Positions 60,839-64,000 of a stretch of 64,000 nucleotides of DNA are shown one piece after another. The position numbers were made by a program, and so were the translations under genes. Location: positions 60,514,001-60,578,000 of the forward strand of contig NC_045696.1 in NCBI RefSeq assembly GCF_009834535.1, in the 5' to 3' direction. Numbering within the stretch: the first letter of the stretch is position 1; every line of letters starts with the position of its first letter. Origin of the DNA: Camelus ferus (taxonomy: Eukaryota). Under the pieces are notes generated by a model. The model had not been told where the DNA came from. It made no database searches and saw only the letters and a list, made by a program, of their open reading frames with translations.

Positions 60839-63354
60839 TGGATTCCTCTAGAGCGGCGCTGGCCATTTGGGTCCCCGGCCGGAACATGAGCGCAGGGTTG
60901 GGATCCTGGCTCCTTTCCCTCAGAGTAGGGTGACCCGTTAGAGTTCCTCTCCGAATTTCAGTTTCCACATCTTAAAGTGCAGCCCTAGTTGTGAATTTTG
61001 AGGTTTGTGATGAGCCAATGGATTAACGCATGTGTGGTGCCTAGTGCATAGTAAATGTTTAACAAATTGTTAGTCTTACTGGGAAAGAACTCAAAATCCC
61101 CGTGGGGTTCTGACTCTTCATTTCCCTCCTGACTCGAGTGAAGCTACAGGGGACAAGGACCCCACAACGGTGGCTGTCACTGCTGAATCAGAGATACTGG
61201 CAGTTTGGGCCAAATCTAACATGCGAAATTTAGTAAGTTCTAAATTACATTTATTGTCCACCAAGTACACAATTATGGGGGATGCCTGATTGACAGAAAA
61301 GCCCAAGCCAAAAACACTTAGGGATTTTAAAAACCAGAGCTCAACCAAAGCCAACTGGGTGACTCCACACTGAAAATTCAAATATGATCAACGGCCATGA
61401 AGGAGCAACAGGTGTGACAAGCCTTTAATATGTTCATACACCCTGAACTCATAATTTCACCACAAGGACTCTGCCTAGAGGAAATAATCAGAGATAGTTG
61501 GAGACAAAGATGCTCATTACAGTGTGATTTACAAAAGTGAAAAATTAGAAACAATGAATGTCCAATAGAGGACTAGTTAGTTAAATTGTGGTTTATCCAT
61601 ATGCAGTCCCTAAAAATTTAAGGGGAAAAAAATCTCACTATATAAATTTGGGTGGGGGGAGGATCAGGGTATAATTAGAAATGGAGAATCATAACATACT
61701 AATGAAAGTTTCAATTAAATAAAGATAAAAATCAAAAGCCTTCACACACCTAATGAGATAGCTTCAAATTGCATAAGGCATAAATTGACAAAATTATGAG
61801 GAATTGACAAGTCCAATGAAGAAGCAGATTTTAATATATCTCTCAGCAGTTGATCAAATAGACAACAACAAAAAAAAATCAGTAAGGGAAAAGGTTTGAA
61901 CCCCACAATATAGAATCTTAATAAAAGCCCAGCGTAGTACACTGTACCCTACAGCTGAATAAGACATGTCCTTTTTAAGTGCACATGGGACATTTATAAA
62001 ACTTGACTCCTACCCCCCCACCCCACACACAGGAATCAGCAATTTCAGTACTTGATGCTAAATTCTAAGACCAGGGAGGAACAGGGAGTTTGGGGAGCCA
62101 GAGGCTTTTCGATTTGGAGCTCAGGGAAGAGCTCCCAGAGGAGCTTGTGAAGATAGTTCTCCAGGTAAAGGAGATGGGGCTGGGGGATGAGCCCACCCCA
62201 GGCAGCAGAAGCAGCAGGTCCAAGGGTCCTGAGGCAAACAAAAGCAGGTGAGCTCAGGGAGCTGCAGAGAGCATCCCCTGCTGTCCGTAATACCAAGCTC
62301 TCTCAGTCAGCCTGCTTCCAGGCAGAGGCCCTGTCAAGAATATCCAGGCCCCACCAAAGCTGTGGTTTAGTTGCTACCTCTAACAGGATACAGGGGTCTT
62401 CAGTTACCTCCAAGTCCGGGCATGTCCCCCAGAGAGGAACATGAGCGGGGCCCGAAAAGGAGCCATCTGGAGCTCAGGTGTCAGGCTGGCTTGGTGAGCT
62501 CACCACAAGTGGGAAGGTCACAGGACTCCCGAGGCTCTGCCAACCTCCAAAGAAACCCTCTGTCCATCCCTCACGGGGGGCCCCCTGCTGGCTGGGCCAA
62601 CAAACGTGGGAGCCAAGACTTCCAGGAATGGTCCCCCCAGATGTGTGGCCCAGCTCGCCTGTGTTTCTCAGGGCTCAGGCCACCTGCTACACCCAGGTGT
62701 CACTGGCTTCCTGCCCACCCGCCAAGGTGTCACATACACAGGCTCAGGTTTAGGAGGGAATCCGAGAGGTGTTTGTAATGGTAACCGTCCAAAGTTCCTG
62801 CTTGGCTGAAATGCAGTGTTTATCCCTGTCATTCAGCCAATTGCTTTCCTATGTCCTCCCCCAAAACCACTCTCTCCAGGTGCCCCCTGACCTGGTGTGG
62901 GGGCTCGCCTTATTCCTCTTCCAGTCCCCCTCCCTGGCTACTGAGCAGGTGGTGAGATGGGATAGCCAGAGAGGTGTGGGTAAGCCACTCCGGCCCACTG
63001 GTTCAGGAGACAAATACAGAGAGAGAACACATTAAGGAAGGGACACTGTCCAAAAGTCGGGAATCTGTATTCACTGGCTGTGTGACTGTGAGCAATTCAC
63101 TTCCCCTCTCTGGTCCTGTTTCCTCATTTTTACAATTAGGGGAAATCCTCTCCAAGCTCATTTCTTGCTGAAGATTCTGGAATTATATCATTGAAAAAAC
63201 TAGAGTCTTTTTCAAGGGTCATACAGATTCTTCAACTGAGGACATCATCCCTTCCACCAACTTACCAGGGCTGCGGAGAGACGGAAGGAAGCAGAAGTGG
63301 GACTCCCTGAGCCTCTGCTGAGCCACGGACCAGGCATTAGATCTCACAAAGGTC

Positions 63355-63921
63355 TGTTACTGAACCAGGTTCCAGATTTGTTTTGCCCCCATGTAGAAAA
63401 CACTGAGATGTTACAGCAAAGAGAAGGTTTATTCACAAGGCAGCCAAGCCAGGAGAAGGGAGAACAAGTCTCAGGTCCACTCCCCACAGGCAAGGGTATT
63501 TCTGGGATTAAGACTAAAGCAGAAGGGCGGTCTGAGGTGTGGGGAGCGTAGGGAAAGGTGATTGAGAAAAGGTGTGGTCATCGTTTTTCTGTGCAGGTTT
63601 AACTAAGCTACAGGTGTCGGCAGGTTGAAAAATGGAGGCACTTGGCACCATCTGAGGGTGGAGTTTTCAGTCCTCTGACGTCAAAAGGTCACCGAGAGGA
63701 CACTTGCACATGCCCAGTTGGAGGGTTGGTGGTCCTAGCCAGTCTCAGTCAGCTCAGCTCAAACTAGACACAGCTGACTCCAAGTTCCTGGAAAACAACT
63801 CAAGCAAACATCTTATTGTTCAGGCCACATGCTACCTAGAGGATGTGCGAGTCCTCTGTGGTCGACCTTGATTAATGAAGGCAGGTGAAATGGATTTGAC
63901 TCATGGGTACCCACGGTCTCA
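63355..63921 (-). mobile_element. ERV1-class solo LTR (567 bp)
   Basis: TG...CA termini (TGTTAC / GTCTCA), 4-bp TSD-like flanks GGTC/GGGC, minus-strand AATAAA (tttatt at ~63428). Confidence 0.75.
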
Positions 63922-64000
63922 GGGCTGCCACCAGGACTTGGGGCAGTAGGGCCAGGGTTCTTCAGTCGTCCCCACCTCACCAACACAACAGCACAGAGGT

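Noticed and set aside
1..64000. CRISPR arrays, operons or prokaryotic defence systems
   Set aside because: The sequence is mammalian and no regularly spaced repeat-spacer array is seen.

Overview
Mammalian genomic DNA, probably camelid (inferred from four tRNA-derived SINEs of the Vic-1 type). No intact protein-coding gene body is visible. The left 14.5 kb is the 5' end of an unidentified minus-strand gene with two CpG-island promoters/alternative first exons about 13 kb apart (1-560 and ~13400-14000). The rest is mostly transposon-derived (L1, L2, MIR, MaLR/ERV LTRs, hAT elements) and includes an RPS21 processed pseudogene. The most interesting signal is a series of splice-site-bounded, coding-like relic exons on the + strand in the non-repetitive gaps from ~15.3 to ~37.4 kb. 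One encodes leucine-rich-repeat-like sequence and another an LRRcap-like motif. Together they suggest a decayed multi-exon LRR gene lying head-to-head with the distal CpG island. Other oddities are a TSD-flanked ~330-bp purine-rich insertion of unknown origin, a fold-back templated duplication and a nested transposon stack. Repeat family names come from remembered consensus similarity, and their boundaries are approximate.
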